From NCBI RefSeq assembly GCF_009914755.1, contig NC_060926.1: 64,000 nt of DNA; one strand, written 5' to 3'. Below are positions 11,884-27,195 of this stretch, one piece after another; the first letter of the stretch is position 1, and every line of letters starts with the position of its first letter. The notes under the pieces were generated by a model. The model had not been told where the DNA came from and did not search any database. It worked only from the letters and a program-made list of their open reading frames with translations. A program made the translations under genes and the position numbers. The DNA comes from the human T2T-CHM13v2.0 reference genome, Homo sapiens.

Positions 11884-11964
11884 CAAGCTCCTGGCTTCAA
11901 GCACTCCTCCTGCCTCAGCCTCCCAAAATGATGGGATTACAAGTGTGAGCCACCATGTCTGGCC
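11884..11964 (-). mobile_element. Alu left-arm remnant without tail
   Basis: Alu 5' ~80 bp flanked by the direct repeat GAACATATATTTCT (11870-11883, 11967-11980). Confidence 0.8.
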
Positions 11965-12639
11965 AGGAACATATATTTCTAAAAAATACAAAATGTTTTT
12001 CATCCACAAATACTTATACAAAACAATTCAAAATAACTTACTTCCTAAGTTTTCAATAGAAATTATAGCTACCAAGAGTTAAAATTATAATTAATATGTA
12101 TAATTAAAACTACTATCTCTAAGAAACAATTCTGTATACAGAGTATATGAGGAAAGCAAGATGTTATAAGGTATGAAAATAGGTATTTTGTTGTGGAAAG
12201 AAATGTTTTTGTCTAGGGGGAAGTTATTTAAAGTTCATTTTAGAATAAATGAATAAAGGAACAAATGATATAGATAAAACTAAATGAATATAAAAAGTTG
12301 GGGGAAGAAAGAATAAAAAAGTTGTAAGAGATTATAAAAGGTTTATGAAAATGTTATTTTGTGTGGTCAAAACTGAGATTGAGTGGATTTATTAGGTTTC
12401 ATTAAAATTAGCTTTAGTATTGATGAAACAAAAGTAAAATTTGTTTTTCCCTTTTAAATAAGATTTTCTTGCATCAATAAGATAATAAAAGGCTGTTCAC
12501 CTTTTGCACAAAGTACAAAAGAAATTTTAAAAGGGAAGAGAGAGACAGACTCTGTATGCCTCATGCTGTCTTTCTTAGTTCTTTTGATTACTTGAAAAAC
12601 TAAGTATCTATTAAAGAGTAAAGATTTTTGCTTATTGAA

Positions 12640-13386
<747 letters not shown>

Positions 13387-13758
13387 CTTATATTTGGACA
13401 AACTTTGTGCATGCAAACTACAAACAAAAAAAAATCTGTCAGATTGCCACAAATCTTCTTAACTGACTGCCTTCTAGACTCTAAAGGAACCAGCTTATAG
13501 ACTACTGCAGACATTTGTTTTTCTTATTTCCATAGAAATGCCTCTAATTAAGGATCTTTTTGCCAAATCATGTATGGAGGCCTACCTTTGAGATCCCATC
13601 TGCAATGCCAACCATTTATTGAACTGGTCTATTCCCAAGAGTGCGAGGCTGGTTGAATGGGACCCGTTGCCATTCAGCTACTAACTTGATTTTTCTGTCC
13701 ACAGCTACTCACAAAATTTTTAATATATAAACCTTCTAGGAAAGTTTCAGACAGGGAA

Positions 13759-14363
13759 TGTTGGGTCTCAGAAAACAATACCCCAATATAAGGTGCATGG
13801 ACATGCCAAATAAAGAAGCAGCTTCAGGAGCTCTCTATGCTCCCCTCCTGCCCCAAGCCTCTGTCTGTCCAAAGCATAGGATGAGGCTTTTCTCTAATAC
13901 CCCTTTATCTGCATAAGGACGACCCAACTGGGAGAGCACAACTGTCCTCTAACCTCTCCCTGATATTTCATTATCTATTTCAGAAAAGAAGCCTGAGGAA
14001 TGCAACCACACCTGGACAGACTTTTTCACAAAATAATGTCTGCCTCTTAGGCTCATTCAATTTCAAAGGGAATTATTTACAAGTTAATTTCTGTCTTTTG
14101 AGTCCAGTCATTCTCCCTAATACCGATTTATTATCCCTCAAAAAAATTGCCACATTTTCCCCATCTCTTCTTCCTTTATGAAGAAGGGTATATATGCATC
14201 TGGACCTCATTGGGTTATTGGGTAATACTCTTGTGATTATCCTGTGCTTATGCATGTTAAAATAAATTTGTATGCATTTTATCTCCAATTAATCTGCCTT
14301 TTGTCAGTTCATCTTTGCAAACCTTCAGAGAGTGAAGGGGAAAGATTTTCTCTTTATCCTAAA
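13759..14363 (+). mobile_element. 3' LTR (MER39/MER34-like)
   Basis: Starts TGTTGGGTCTCAGAAAACAATACCCC after the PPT; homologous to 8470-9168. Confidence 0.85.
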
Positions 14364-14803
14364 CCTTCAAAGAAATGGGTGGTCTGTGCCTAAGTTGTTT
14401 GTTGCTTGGAAATTGCTTTTCCACCTTCTTCCAAGCCTGTTGGGTCCTTTTCTTTCTTTCCTTTCTGCTTTGTTTTCTTTAGTTTGGGCCTCAGGTGCAG
14501 AAGCCTAAATTACTTATAGTTCTGCCTTATTCCGGGCCTTTTCTAGTCTTTGCATAAACCTTTCTTGCTTTTTCATTTTCTTATTCCCTTTTATCCTCAT
14601 TTTCCATTCTCTACTTACAATCAACAAATGTGTTATTGTGTTTGATGTGCAACTTATTTTTGTATGTGTTTTTATAAAGCATATATTGTGTGCATGAAAT
14701 TTTACATGCACACAAAATTTACAAAATTCTATTGGCTAAAAGTCTCTTTTTTCCATCCACTAAGCACCATACTTTTAAAGATCCACAGACGCTGCTATGT
14801 GTA

Positions 14804-15264
14804 TGTCTCACGCGTCCGTGTGAAGAGGCCATCAAACAGGCTTTGTGTGAGCAACAAGGCTGTTTATTTCACCTGGGTGCAGGCGGGCTGAGTCTGAAAA
14901 GAGAGTCAGCAAAGGGTGGTGGGCTTATCATTAGTTCTTATAGGTTTTGGGATAGGCGGTGGAGTTAGGAGCAATGTTTTGCAGGCAGGAAGTGGATCTC
15001 ACAAAGTACATTCTCAAGGGTGGGGAGAATTACAAAGAACCTTCTTAAGGGTGGAGGAGATTACAAAGAACCTTCTTAAGGGTGGGGGAGATTACAAAGT
15101 ACATTGATCAGTTAGGGTGGGGCAGAAACAAATCAAAATGGTGGAATGTCATCAGTTAAGGCTATTTTCACTTTTGTGGATGTTCAGTTGCTTCAGGCCA
15201 TCTGGATGTATACGTGCAGGTCACAGGGAATATGATGGTTTAGCTTGGGCTCAGAGGCCTGACA
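14804..15264 (-). mobile_element. HERV-H solo LTR (LTR7 family, LTR7B-like)
   Basis: Reverse complement begins TGTCAGGCCTCTGAGCCCAAGCTAA; 5-bp TSD GTGTA at 14799-14803 and 15265-15269; ~31-bp U3 tandem repeats at ~15018-15100. Confidence 0.92.
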
Positions 15265-16130
15265 GTGTACATCTAACTCATTACTTCCAGTGGCTGCACA
15301 ATGTCCCATTGTTTGGATGCACTGTGTGTTCCTATTCACTCCCTCAGTGGTAAATATGTGCATTAGCTCAACTCCAGCTACACAAACATCATTGTAATAA
15401 GCATCTTTGCACATGTTCTCTTAATTGTCTTTGTGATAATCTCGCTGGGCGTCTACACAGGGGTACAATAAGGGGGATCACAGTGTGTACATTTGTTTCT
15501 TTTGACCCTGAACTACCAGATTACTCTTCTGAAAGGCTGCCCTACCCAGCCCCTAATCCCACCAGCAGCAAATCTCCACTAACACTGGCATTATCCACTT
15601 CCTAATTGCTGTTAATCTGTTGAGTGGAAAGTGAGATCTTTTGGGTGTTTTAATTTACATTTCTCTAATTACTATGAACTTGAGCATCTCTTCATGTTTC
15701 TTAAGCTTTTGGATTTTCCTTAATTGCCTTTTCATATTCACTGCTAATTTTTCACCCAGGATTCTTTCTTTTTCCTTCCTGATTTGTTAGAGTTTTTTGT
15801 TTAATCTAGATTAGTCCCTTGTTGGCTTTAGATAGTGCATGTATCTTCTCCTAACCTGTTGTCCATGGTGTCATTTAATGACCAGGAATCCTTTATTTTG
15901 GTGTAATTAATTCCACCAGTTTTTTTTTGCTTTATGGCTTGTACTTTGGACCTTTCTCAGTCTTAGACCACTAACGTGGCCTTCTATTAATTTTATTTGT
16001 AGGTTTACTTTTTACCTTAAAGGCCCTGTTTCCAATCAATTAAATGATTAACAAAACCCTCAGAGAATCCATCTTTTTATGTAACATTAAGTAGGTTCTT
16101 GTTTTATTTTATTTTTGTTCACATGATTAG

Positions 16131-16536
<406 letters not shown>

Positions 16537-16980
16537 TGATCTGTTTTGCTTGTTCTTGGGCCAGTAACATACCGTTTGTATTACCAGGGCTTGAGAGCGT
16601 GCCCTAATATCTAGCAGGGCTAGACTCCCCTCTTCTTTTTCAAAGCTGACTTTTGCTATTCATGGCTCTTTATTCTTCCATGTAAATTTTAGAATAAGTT
16701 TATCTAGTCTCTGAAAAAATTCAATTTAAGTTTTGATTAGAGGTGTAATGGATGTACTGATCTAGGTGTAGAATTGACTTTTACAATATTTGCCAGAGCA
16801 TAGAATATCTCCTTGCATAAAATTATAAAATTATAAAATCTTTTCTGCCTTTTTATCAGTTTCAAAGTTTTTTCTATAGTTTTGTGAATTATTTAAGTTA
16901 TTACACAGACAGTTCATAGCTGCTGTGCATGGTCCTTGATTTTTATTATTTTTTCTGGTTGGTTATTGCAGATTACAACA

Positions 16981-17348
16981 CAATTTTTCGACCTCAGCAT
17001 TATTGACATTTCAGGCCAGGTAATTCTTTGTCGGGGTGGGAAGGAGGGTCTGTTCTGTGCACTGTAGGATGTTTAGTGGCATCCTTAGCTTATATACATC
17101 GGATGCCAGTAGCACCCCAACCCTAGTTGTGACAAAATGTCTTCAGATGCCAAATGTTCCCATAGGATTGACAGATAAAATACAGGATACCCAGTGTTTT
17201 GTCTCAATATTGCATGGGACAAAATTATACTAAATAATTACTCATGGTTTATCTGAAATTAAAATTTAACCAGGTATCCTATATTTTTATTTACTAAATA
17301 TGTCAACTGTACCTGAGGAACAAAATCATTCCTGGTTGAGAACAACTG
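16981..17348. mobile_element. MER20 hAT DNA transposon split by MER53 (~17163-17311)
   Basis: MER20 motifs tgtgcactgtaggatgtttag...gatgccagtagcacccc resume at cctggttgagaacaactg; the insert has MER53-like ends agataaaatacagga...cctatatttttatttactaaat. Confidence 0.75.
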
Positions 17349-17715
17349 GTGTAGAGAAATGTTAGACATTTCTATAAGTTGATCTTATTCCTGAGAACCT
17401 TGCTGAATTTTATTATTAATTATAATGGGTTCTTTGCTCTGTTGGTTTTTCTACATAGACAATCCTACCATAATGGCAGTTTCATCTCTTCTTTTCCCTT
17501 CAAGTAGCTAAACCTGCTTTTTTTTCTTTAAATATTTTCTTTTCTTACAGTAATGGTTAGGATCTCCAGTACGAAGTCATATAATAGAAGTCACAGGGCA
17601 TTTTGGTCCCATTTTCAATCTTAAAGGGAATGTGCCTAAATTTTCTCTATATGAAAAATGTTTGCTATAGATTTTTTTTGGTAGCAATTTAAGGGTTTTC
17701 TTTCCCATTTTTAGT

Positions 17716-18034
17716 GTCTTAGTCTGTTCAGGCTGCTCCAACAAAATGCCATAAATCTGTGACTTATAAATAGCAGAAATTTATTTCTCAAAGCTGTGGA
17801 GGCTGGGAAATCCAAGATCAAGACACTGGAAGATTTGGTGCTTGTTCATAGACGGCATCTCTCCCTTCATTCTTACATGTTGGATGAAGAAACTGTGGTC
17901 TTTTCAGCCCCTTATAAGGGTTTCACCTCATAACTTAATCACCTCCAAAAGAACCTACTTCCTAAAACCATCACATTGGAAATTAGGTTTAAATCTATGA
18001 ATTTTGGGGGGGTCACAAACATTCAATCTATAGA
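17716..18034 (-). mobile_element. MLT1A-like MaLR LTR
   Basis: tgtcttagtctgttcaggctgct...aatttatttctca...ggaggctgggaaatccaagatcaag. Confidence 0.75.
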
Positions 18035-18272
18035 ACTTGGTTTGCTAAGATTTTTAATTATAAAAAATAGCTGTTGAACTTTATTAAATGGTTTTTCTGC
18101 ATCTTTTAAAATAAATGTACATTTTTCCTTGTTTACTCTTTACTACAATGAATAACATGGATGCATTCTCTGATAAGTCTTCCTTATATTGCTGGGATAA
18201 ACCATATCTATTGTTTACTACATTGTTGGATTAGTTCAGTTAATATTTTATTTGTTATTTTTGCAGACATCT

Positions 18273-20791
18273 TGTATTAGTCTGTTTTCATGCTGCTGAT
18301 AAAGACATACCTGAGACTGGGAAGAAAAAAGAGGTTTAATTGGACTTACAGTTTCACGTGGCTGGGAAGGCCTCCGAATCATGGCAGGAGGCAAAAGGCA
18401 CTTCTTACATGGTGGCAGCAGGAGAAAATGAAGAAGAAGCAAAAGCGGAAACCCCTGATAAACCCATCAGATCTCATGAGACTTATTCACTAGCACAAGA
18501 ATAGCAAGGGAAAGACTGGCCCCATGATTCAATTACCTCCCCCGAGTCCCTCCCACATGTGGGAATTCTGGGAGATACCGTTCAAGTTGAGATTTGGGTG
18601 GGAATGCAGCCAAACCATATCACTTTGTCCCTGGCCCCTCCAAATCCCATGTCCTCACTTTTCAAAACCAATCATGCCTTCCCAACAGTCCCCCAAAGTC
18701 TTAACTCAAAAGTCCACAGTCCAAAGTCTCATCTGAGACAAGGCAAGTACCTTCCGCCTATGAGCCTGTAAAATCAAAAGCAAGCTAGTTACTTCCTAGA
18801 TACAATGGGGGTACAGGTATTGGGTAAATGCAGCCTTTCCAAATGGGAGAAATCGTCCAAAACAAAGGGGTTACAGGGCCCATGCAAGTCCAAAATCCAG
18901 TGGGGCAGTCAAATTTTAAAGCTCCAAAATGATCTCCTTTGACTCCAAGTCTCACATCCAGGTTATGGTGATGCAAGAGATGGGCTCCCATGGCCTTGAG
19001 CAGCTCCACCCCTGTGGCTTTTCAGGGCACAGCCTCCCTCCTGGCTGCTTTCATGGGCTGGCATTGAGTGTCTGTGGCTTTTCCACGTGCATGGTGCAAG
19101 CTGTTGGTGCACCTACTATTCTGGGGTCTGGAGGATAGTGGCCCTCTTCTCACAGCTCCACTAGGTAGTGCCCCAGTAGGGACTCTGTGTGGGGGCTCTG
19201 ACCCCACATTTCCCTTCCACACTGCCCTAGCAGAGGTTCTCCATGAGGGCACTGCCTCTGCAGCAAACTTTTGCCTGGGTATCCAGGCATTTCCATACAT
19301 CATCTGAAATCTAGGCAGAGGTTCCTAAACCTCAATTCTTGACTTCTGAGCACCCGCAGGCTCAATACCACACGGAAGCTGCCAAGGCTTGGGGCTTGCA
19401 CCTTCTGAAGCCGCAGCCCAAGCTGTATGTTGGCCACTTTCAGCCACAGCTGGAGCAGCTGGGACACAGGGCACCAAGTCCCTAGGCTGCACACAGTATG
19501 GGGACTCTTGGCCCATTTTATGAAACCACTTTTTCCTCCAGGACCTCCGGGCCTGTGGGAGGGGCTGCCGTCAAGTTCTCTGACATGGCCTGGAGACATT
19601 TCTCTCCATGTTCTTGGGGATTAACATTAGGTTCCCTGCTACTTATGCAAATTTCTACAGCTGGTTTGAATTTCTCCCCAGAAAAAATGGGTTTTTCTTT
19701 TCTATCGCATAGTCCGGTTGCAAATTTTCCAAACTCTTATGCTGTTTCCCTTACAAAACTGAATGCCTTTAACAGTACCCAAGTCACATCTAGAATTCTG
19801 CTTAGAAATTTCTCCTGCCAGGTACCCTAAAACATCTTTCTCAAGTTCAAAGTTTCACAAATCTCTAGGGCAGGGGCAAAATGCCACCATTCTCTTTGCT
19901 AAAACATAACAAGAGTCACCTTTACTCCAGTTCCCAACAAGTTCCTCATCTCCATCTGAGACCACCTCAGCTTGCACCTTACTGTCCATATTGCTATCAG
20001 CATTTTGGGCAAAGCCATTCAACACGTCTCTAGGAAGTTCCAAACTTTTCCACTTTTCCTTGTCTTCTTCTGAGCCCTTCAAACTGTTCCAATCTCTGCC
20101 TGTTACCCGGTTCCAAAGTCACTTCCACATTTTCAGGTATCTTTTCAGCAATACCCCACTCCTGGTATTTCTTACCCACTGGGAAGAAAAAGAGGTTTAG
20201 TTAGACTTACAGTTTCACATGGCTGGGGAGGCCTCAGAATCATGGCAGGAGGCAAAAGGCACTTCTTACATGGCAAGAAAAAATGAGGAAAAAGTGGCTG
20301 GGCATGGTGGCTCACGCCTGTAATCCCAACACTTTGGGAGGCCAAGACGAGTAGATCATGAGGTCAGGAGTTCAAGACCAGCCTGGCCAACATGGTGAAA
20401 TTGTCTCTACTAAAAATACAAAAATTAGCCAGATGTGATGGCGGGTGCTTGTAATCCTAGTTACTCAGGAGGCTGAGGCAGGAGAATTGCTTGAACCTGG
20501 GAGGCGGAGGTTGCAGTGAGCCAAGATTGAGCGACTGCACTCCAGCCTGGGTGACAAAGCAAGACTCTGTCTAAAAAAAAAAAAAAAAAAAAAGAGGAAG
20601 AAGCAAAAGCAGAAACCTCTGATAAGCCCATCAGATCTCGTGAGACTTATTCACTATCATGAGAATAGCACAGGAAAGACCAACCCCCATGATTTAATTG
20701 CCTCTCCCTGGGTCCCTCCCACAACACGTGGGAATTCTGGGAGATACAATTCAATTTGAGATTTGGGTGGGGACACAGCCAAACCATATCA
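18273..20791 (-). mobile_element. THE1 (THE1C-like) MaLR element with two LTRs and internal region
   Basis: LTRs at ~18273-18622 and ~20175-20791, both ending cagccaaaccatatca; THE1-int in between; the second LTR is clipped and Alu-interrupted. Confidence 0.9.
20296..20593 (+). mobile_element. AluS inserted in the THE1 LTR
   Basis: Full Alu with poly-A; gaggaa(a/g)aag flanks on both sides. Confidence 0.95.
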
Positions 20792-21671
20792 CTTATTCAG
20801 AAATACAATGAGCATGTAATTTTTTTTTTTTTTTGTATTGGCCCAATCTAGTTTTGAATCAAGATTACATTAGCTTCATAAAAAAGGCTGGACAATTTTC
20901 TCTTTTTCACTTGCTGCAACAATTTGTGAGATAAAAAAATCTGTCTCTTGAAGACAGGTAGAGCATATTTGTAAAGCTATCTGGGCTTTAGGGAGAGGAG
21001 CTATGATTAGCGTTTCAATTTCTTTAATGCTTGTTAGTCTATTCAAGTATACTATATCTTGGCATTTAGTATTTCCCCACAAAGTTGTCTATAATATCTA
21101 AAGTTTCACATTATTTGGATACAGTTGTTCATAATACTCTAAAAACTTTTTTTTTTTTTAGAAAATTTCGAATACATTCAAAAGTGGATTGATAAACCTC
21201 TGGTGCTTCAGCAGTTATCAATTCATGGCCAATGTTGTTTCATCTAGAGCCCCGCCCACATCCCCTCACAATTCTTTGAAGTAAATCTCTGACATTGTAT
21301 AATGACACCTGCAAATGCTCCGGTAAAAATCTTCAAAAGACAAAGACTCTTTTTCAACCTGTTCACAGTGTCATTACCTCCTCCCCAGATAATAATTTAT
21401 CAACATCAAGAAACTCCCCATTAGTGTTTAAACTTCCAATTTTCTCACAAATGTCTTTTTTTTTTTTTTTGGCGGGGGAGATAACTTTGTCATTTGAATC
21501 AGAATCCAAAGTTTACACATTGCACTTGGCAGACCTGCCTTTTAATTTCTCATAACCTCTGTTTCTTTTCAGCTTTCTGTTTTCCTCCCAGAGTTTCCTA
21601 TGATTGCATCTCTAGTTTGACACGTTCCCTTGTCCTCTGTATTCCTGTAAATTGGTAGTTAAATCTCAATC

Positions 21672-22395
21672 TGATACAGAAGGGCTGGGCTCCCAGCTAA
21701 ACCCCACCCCTAAGCCAGGAACCACCGCCCTAAGTGAAAACAGGTGATCCTGGTTTTCCAAGCAAATGTTGCCTTTTTGGCCTGCCCCGCCCCTATCCTG
21801 TGCCCATAAAAGACTTCAGCTGGCAGCGCAATAGAAGCGGCTGAGCGGCGAGGATACACGCAGCTGAGTGTCAGAGACAATGGATAGATGCGGCTAACTT
21901 CAGACGGTGCGGCTTCAGAGAGGGACCTGGCCGGAGACTGCCGGGCTTCAGAGAAAGCTCACGTTCCCATCTGCTTTCCAGCCTCCCTTTCCGCTGAGAG
22001 CCACCCACCGCTCAATGAAGTCTTCCGCATTCATCACCTTTCAAACGGTTCGTGTGAGCTGATTCTTCCTGGACGCCAAACGAGAACTCAGGTGCCAAGA
22101 GGGCAGGGGCTACCACCCTGACTCTCCACTGAGCTGGTTGGCACTTGGCCGTACCTGGACGGCAGAGCTGAAAGAGCGCTGGTTGAAACATGCATGGACA
22201 CTGCTGTGTAGCATGCATAGAGCCTGCTCCCTCCAGAGAGGAGCGACCGGCGGGTTCTGGGGTTCGTTTGCTTGGGTTCCTGCACCCGCTTGCTCTTACG
22301 CTCCCCCATGCGAGGAGTGGCCAGTGACGGGCTGAGTGAAACGAGCCACTCCAGTTCCTGCCCATGAAGGGGGTCAAAGGAACTATCCCATCTCA
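21672..22395 (+). mobile_element. LTR1-family (LTR1B-like) ERV1 solo LTR
   Basis: TGATACAGAAGGGCTGGGCTCCC...ATCTCA ends; 4-bp TSD AATC at 21668-21671 and 22396-22399; GC box followed by cataaaa. Confidence 0.82.
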
Positions 22396-22554
22396 AATCC
22401 ATGATCAGGTTTAGGTTTGATATTTTGACAACGTTACTTCAGAAGGGTTACTGCAATTACATTATTCTTTCATCTTTGTTGTGCCTGTAATTGTTTTTCC
22501 CCCTTTTTCATTGTAGGTTTTATCTATTGCAATTTCATTTTCTCACTCTTTTTC

Positions 22555-22864
<310 letters not shown>

Positions 22865-23686
22865 TTTCTCACTCTTTTTCTCGATCAGTCTTGCCAGAAT
22901 TTTATTTCACTAATCTTTTCAAATAATTAGCTTTTGATTTGGTCATTTCTTTCTGTTTTTTCCTTCTCCATTTTATTGATTTTTGCCTTTCTTTACTTAT
23001 TTTTCCTTCTTGTTTCTTGGCTCTGTTGATCTTATTCCAACTTCTTGAATTTACAGTTTTACTTGTGTTTGAAGTTATAATTTCTATCTACTGCTGTAAG
23101 TCCTACACATTTTGATACATTGCCATTTCATTGATACTCTAAGCAACTAGCAATTTGCTATACTTTTTTTTTTTTTTTACCTTTTAAAATATATTATTTA
23201 GTTTCCAGTAATATGTTTGTATAAACTATCCCTCTGTTATTCATTTCTAATTTTTTGGCATTCTGGTCTGAGAACATGATCTGTATGACATTGATTCTTT
23301 GGAATTTATCAAGTAATCCTTTGAGGCCTGGTATACGGACAATGTCATAACCCTTATATATGTGCTTGAAAACTGTTTTCTCTAGTGTTGAGCATAGAAT
23401 TAGAAGGGAGGGGGAGAGGCAAGCACAGAGGCAGATATATTCCACAGCATTCACAGAAGTTATTTCTGGGATGGGAAAATTACAGGTGATCTTTATTTTC
23501 TTCTTGGACAGCAGTAGTCTTTACTTGCCTGTGATTCCAAACATGTTTGAAAACAATGTCAGAGATCTCATAGGCCTCCCACTGCCCTGGGTGGGTAAGA
23601 GCACTGGTGTGGACAAGAGGGAACATTTGCCATTGCCCATCATCTGGGTTGTTCACCTGACCTTCTGGGCCTGCCATCCTGTTCTA

Positions 23687-24145
<459 letters not shown>

Positions 24146-25187
24146 TCAGCATCGCAGGGAATCCCACAAACCTATCCCTGGAGGGAGTGCAGAATCTCAC
24201 GTGTGAAGGGGCTGGGGTGAAGCCTTTCTCATAGTATTATCTGGAGAGGGTGTGCCTTTCCCCTTCTTTCATTTTGGGATAAGCGTGGTTTTTTCTCTCA
24301 CTGTACTCTGTTTTCCAGTCTGCAAGCCCATTTCCAGGGAAAGCAGACAAGAAGCACCAATCGGAGCGTTGAAGTAAATGGGAATCAGTATCCTTGGCAG
24401 TGCCTGGACCTGCTGAGCGACAAGCGTGTGTTTTGTTTTATTAAATGTTTTCCTTTTTAATAAGCAGTGGGAAATGTCAGGACCACCTGCAGCTGCCTGC
24501 TGACCCTGGGACTGGAGTAGGGGATGCAGCACTCAGCCTCCAGTTGTGTTTTTCTTCTCTGATAGCTCAGTTGTGCCAGGAGTATACTCGCCTTGGTGCT
24601 CCAGAATCATCCTAGGGAATCAGCTCCGCCTTCTATACAAGCAGAATTCTACCTCTAACAGGACCAGGTGACCCCTTCTTTGGCAACTTTCTATACATTT
24701 CTAAGCCCCTGATGTTGCCCTAAGGCCATTTTCCTATGCTCCATAGGATGAAAATATCAGGAAAATGGTTTGTGCATGTTTATTATTCAGTTTATACACA
24801 TTATGCATGAAGCAAGTATGAAATTGCTGCACAAACACTGGGATCCAAGAAATGTCATACTACTGAAATCAGATTAGATCTAGTTCTGAGCCCTCCCTCA
24901 CCAGGGGGATCTGATGTCCCAAATCAGGTATTCTCCAGGATGGAGCAAGAGTCCCTGGGGGATGACAAGGCCAGAACCACCTGAGAAAGAGCCTCCAGTC
25001 TTCAGCCCATGTGGTCCCCTGATTTCTGAGCCCAAGTGGCCTCTTGGAGGGCTCCCAGTGACTGCCAGTCAGCTGCGACCCCTGTGCTCAGGTATCCACC
25101 CCACTTCGCACCAGATGCTGACCCAGACCCTGCTGAGAGATAGCACCCCAGGATGCAGCACTGGGCACTGCACGTGGCAAATGACCA

Positions 25188-25478
25188 TTTTTTTTTAAGA
25201 CAGTGTCTCACTCTGTTGCTTAGGCTGTGGTGCAGTGGTACAAACATGGCTCACTACAGCCTTGACCTCCCAGGCTGAGGCTATCCTTCTGCCCCAGCCT
25301 CCCGTGTAGTTGGGCCTACAAGCGTGCAAAACCATACCCAGCTGATCTTTTGGTACTTTGTAGAGTCGGGGTTTTGTCATGTTGCCTAGGCTTGTCTTGA
25401 ACTTCTGGGCTCAAGTGATCTGCTTGTCTTGGCCTCCCAAAGTGCTGGGATTATGGGGGTGAGCCACTGTACCTGGCC
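25188..25478 (-). mobile_element. AluJ
   Basis: Diverged dimer with J-type ggctcactacagccttgacctcc and tgggctcaagtgatc. Confidence 0.9.
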
Positions 25479-26109
25479 GACTTTTGGATTTTTAAGTGAA
25501 ATGAGAAGCCACTGGAAATGGTTTTGAGCAAAAGAGTGCCAAGGTCTGAGTTAAATTTTAAAAAGTGTACATTAGCTGCCATGGAGACAACAGGGAGACA
25601 CAGAAAAACCAGTCATGAGGCGATTGTGAAGGCCAGGTGAGAGATGATAGACCAGGGAGTGGCGACGTCAGCCGTAAGAAGTGGTCAGGGTCTGGGTGTG
25701 TTTTGAAGATGAAACCAATAGATTTCCTGATAGAATGGATATATGTGTGAAGGAAAGAGACTCAAGGCTGACTCCAAGGTTTTTGGTCTCCATTCCATGA
25801 AAGAATGGAGCTGCCATCGACAGACATGGGGAAAACTGAAGGAGGTGCAAGTTCTGAGGGGAAAATCAAGAGACTTATTTTGAGCCAACCCAGGAGCAAC
25901 AGTGACCCTAGCACCCCGACCGTGGGCTTGAACGCCATTTGCCAGGTTTGCGGATCCACAGTCTGGGGCAGAAAATGGACCAGATGTCCTGGAGCTTCTT
26001 GAAGTACCAGATAGCAAGGAAACTATCAAAGATGATTAGGGTTCTGTCAACAGGACTAAGTAGCCAACTAGGAGGAGCTCCCGTTTGCTGAAAATGGGAT
26101 AATGTGAGC

Positions 26110-27065
26110 ATCAAAAGGATAAAACCACAGTGGATGGAAACATCATCGAATGTGTTTGGTCCATGAATTTATGGCGATATTAACATTGGTCTCATAATTG
26201 GTATCTTTTAGAAAATGACAGGGAATCAATTCATTATTTAAAAAACTAGTTAAAAATGGAAAGAAAAACCATTTTGTACTGCCTTTCCTGTACAAACTTT
26301 ACCTCAGGGTAACCAAGCAGTAGATGAGGGGACATTTCTTTGCATGGAAGGATCCCAGTTAATGAATGAAGAAGAATGATAGGTTTTGAATGTCACCATC
26401 TGGCAATCTTCATGAGGTAATAGGCCCAGGCAGTGAACATAAACTGCTCAGAATACGGCAAAAAGAGAGAAAAGCAGACAATTTGTGCCTCTTGATGGGA
26501 GACCATACCACCATCTCCAGAATCCAAACACCAATTTGCAGATACTAGAGCAGGGGGTGGGACATGTTAGACTGTAGCATGGGGTGCATTCAGCAAAAGT
26601 AAGGTAAGGAAAAGTCTCTAGGACCTTGTTTCAACAAGCACATTGAAAAGAAAAAAGAGATGGAGAGAGAACTTATAGATTAAAAGAGATGTAAAAGATA
26701 TATCATGCATTACACTGGGTGGGCTTTATTTGGATTTTGAATCAAACTTACAAAAATTATGAGACAATGAGAAATTTGAACACTGTGGTTATTAGAGATG
26801 TTAAGATTTTTTAAATGAATATAATAATAGTATGATAGTTATGTTTAGAAACGAGGCCTTATCTTTTTGAGATGCAAACTGAAATATATACAGATGAAAT
26901 GATGCAACATCTATAGGACTGGCTTCAAAATAATTCAGGCCGGAGGGAAAAGAGACAAGATTGACCATGAGTTAGCAATTGCTGAACCTGTGTGATGGGT
27001 ATGTGGGGATTCACTATACAAGTCTGTCTGTCTATTTTTGTGGATGTTAGAAATTCCCTATTATA
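26110..27065 (+). mobile_element. Old L1M (L1MC/ME-like) 3' fragment
   Basis: ggccttatctttttgagatgcaaactgaaatat...gatgggtatgtggggattcactatac motifs. Confidence 0.55.
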
Positions 27066-27195
27066 AGAAGCAAAAAAGAAAGGATAAAAAAGGAAAAGGA
27101 AAAAAAAGGAGGAAGGATAGGAAGATGGAAGGAATGGAAAAAAGATGGCAAGGAAGAAAGGAAGGAGGGAGGAAGAAAGGAAAGCAAGGAGAAAC
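27066..27195 (+). repeat. Purine-rich (GAA/GGAA) low-complexity tract
   Basis: Almost entirely A/G. Confidence 0.8.

Noticed and set aside
15018-15100. ~31-bp direct repeats superficially like a CRISPR array
   Set aside because: Head-to-tail LTR7 U3 tandem repeats with no unique spacers, in a eukaryotic context
18248-20200. Dense cluster of overlapping ORFs
   Set aside because: All lie within the THE1 LTR and internal sequence; short and mutually overlapping
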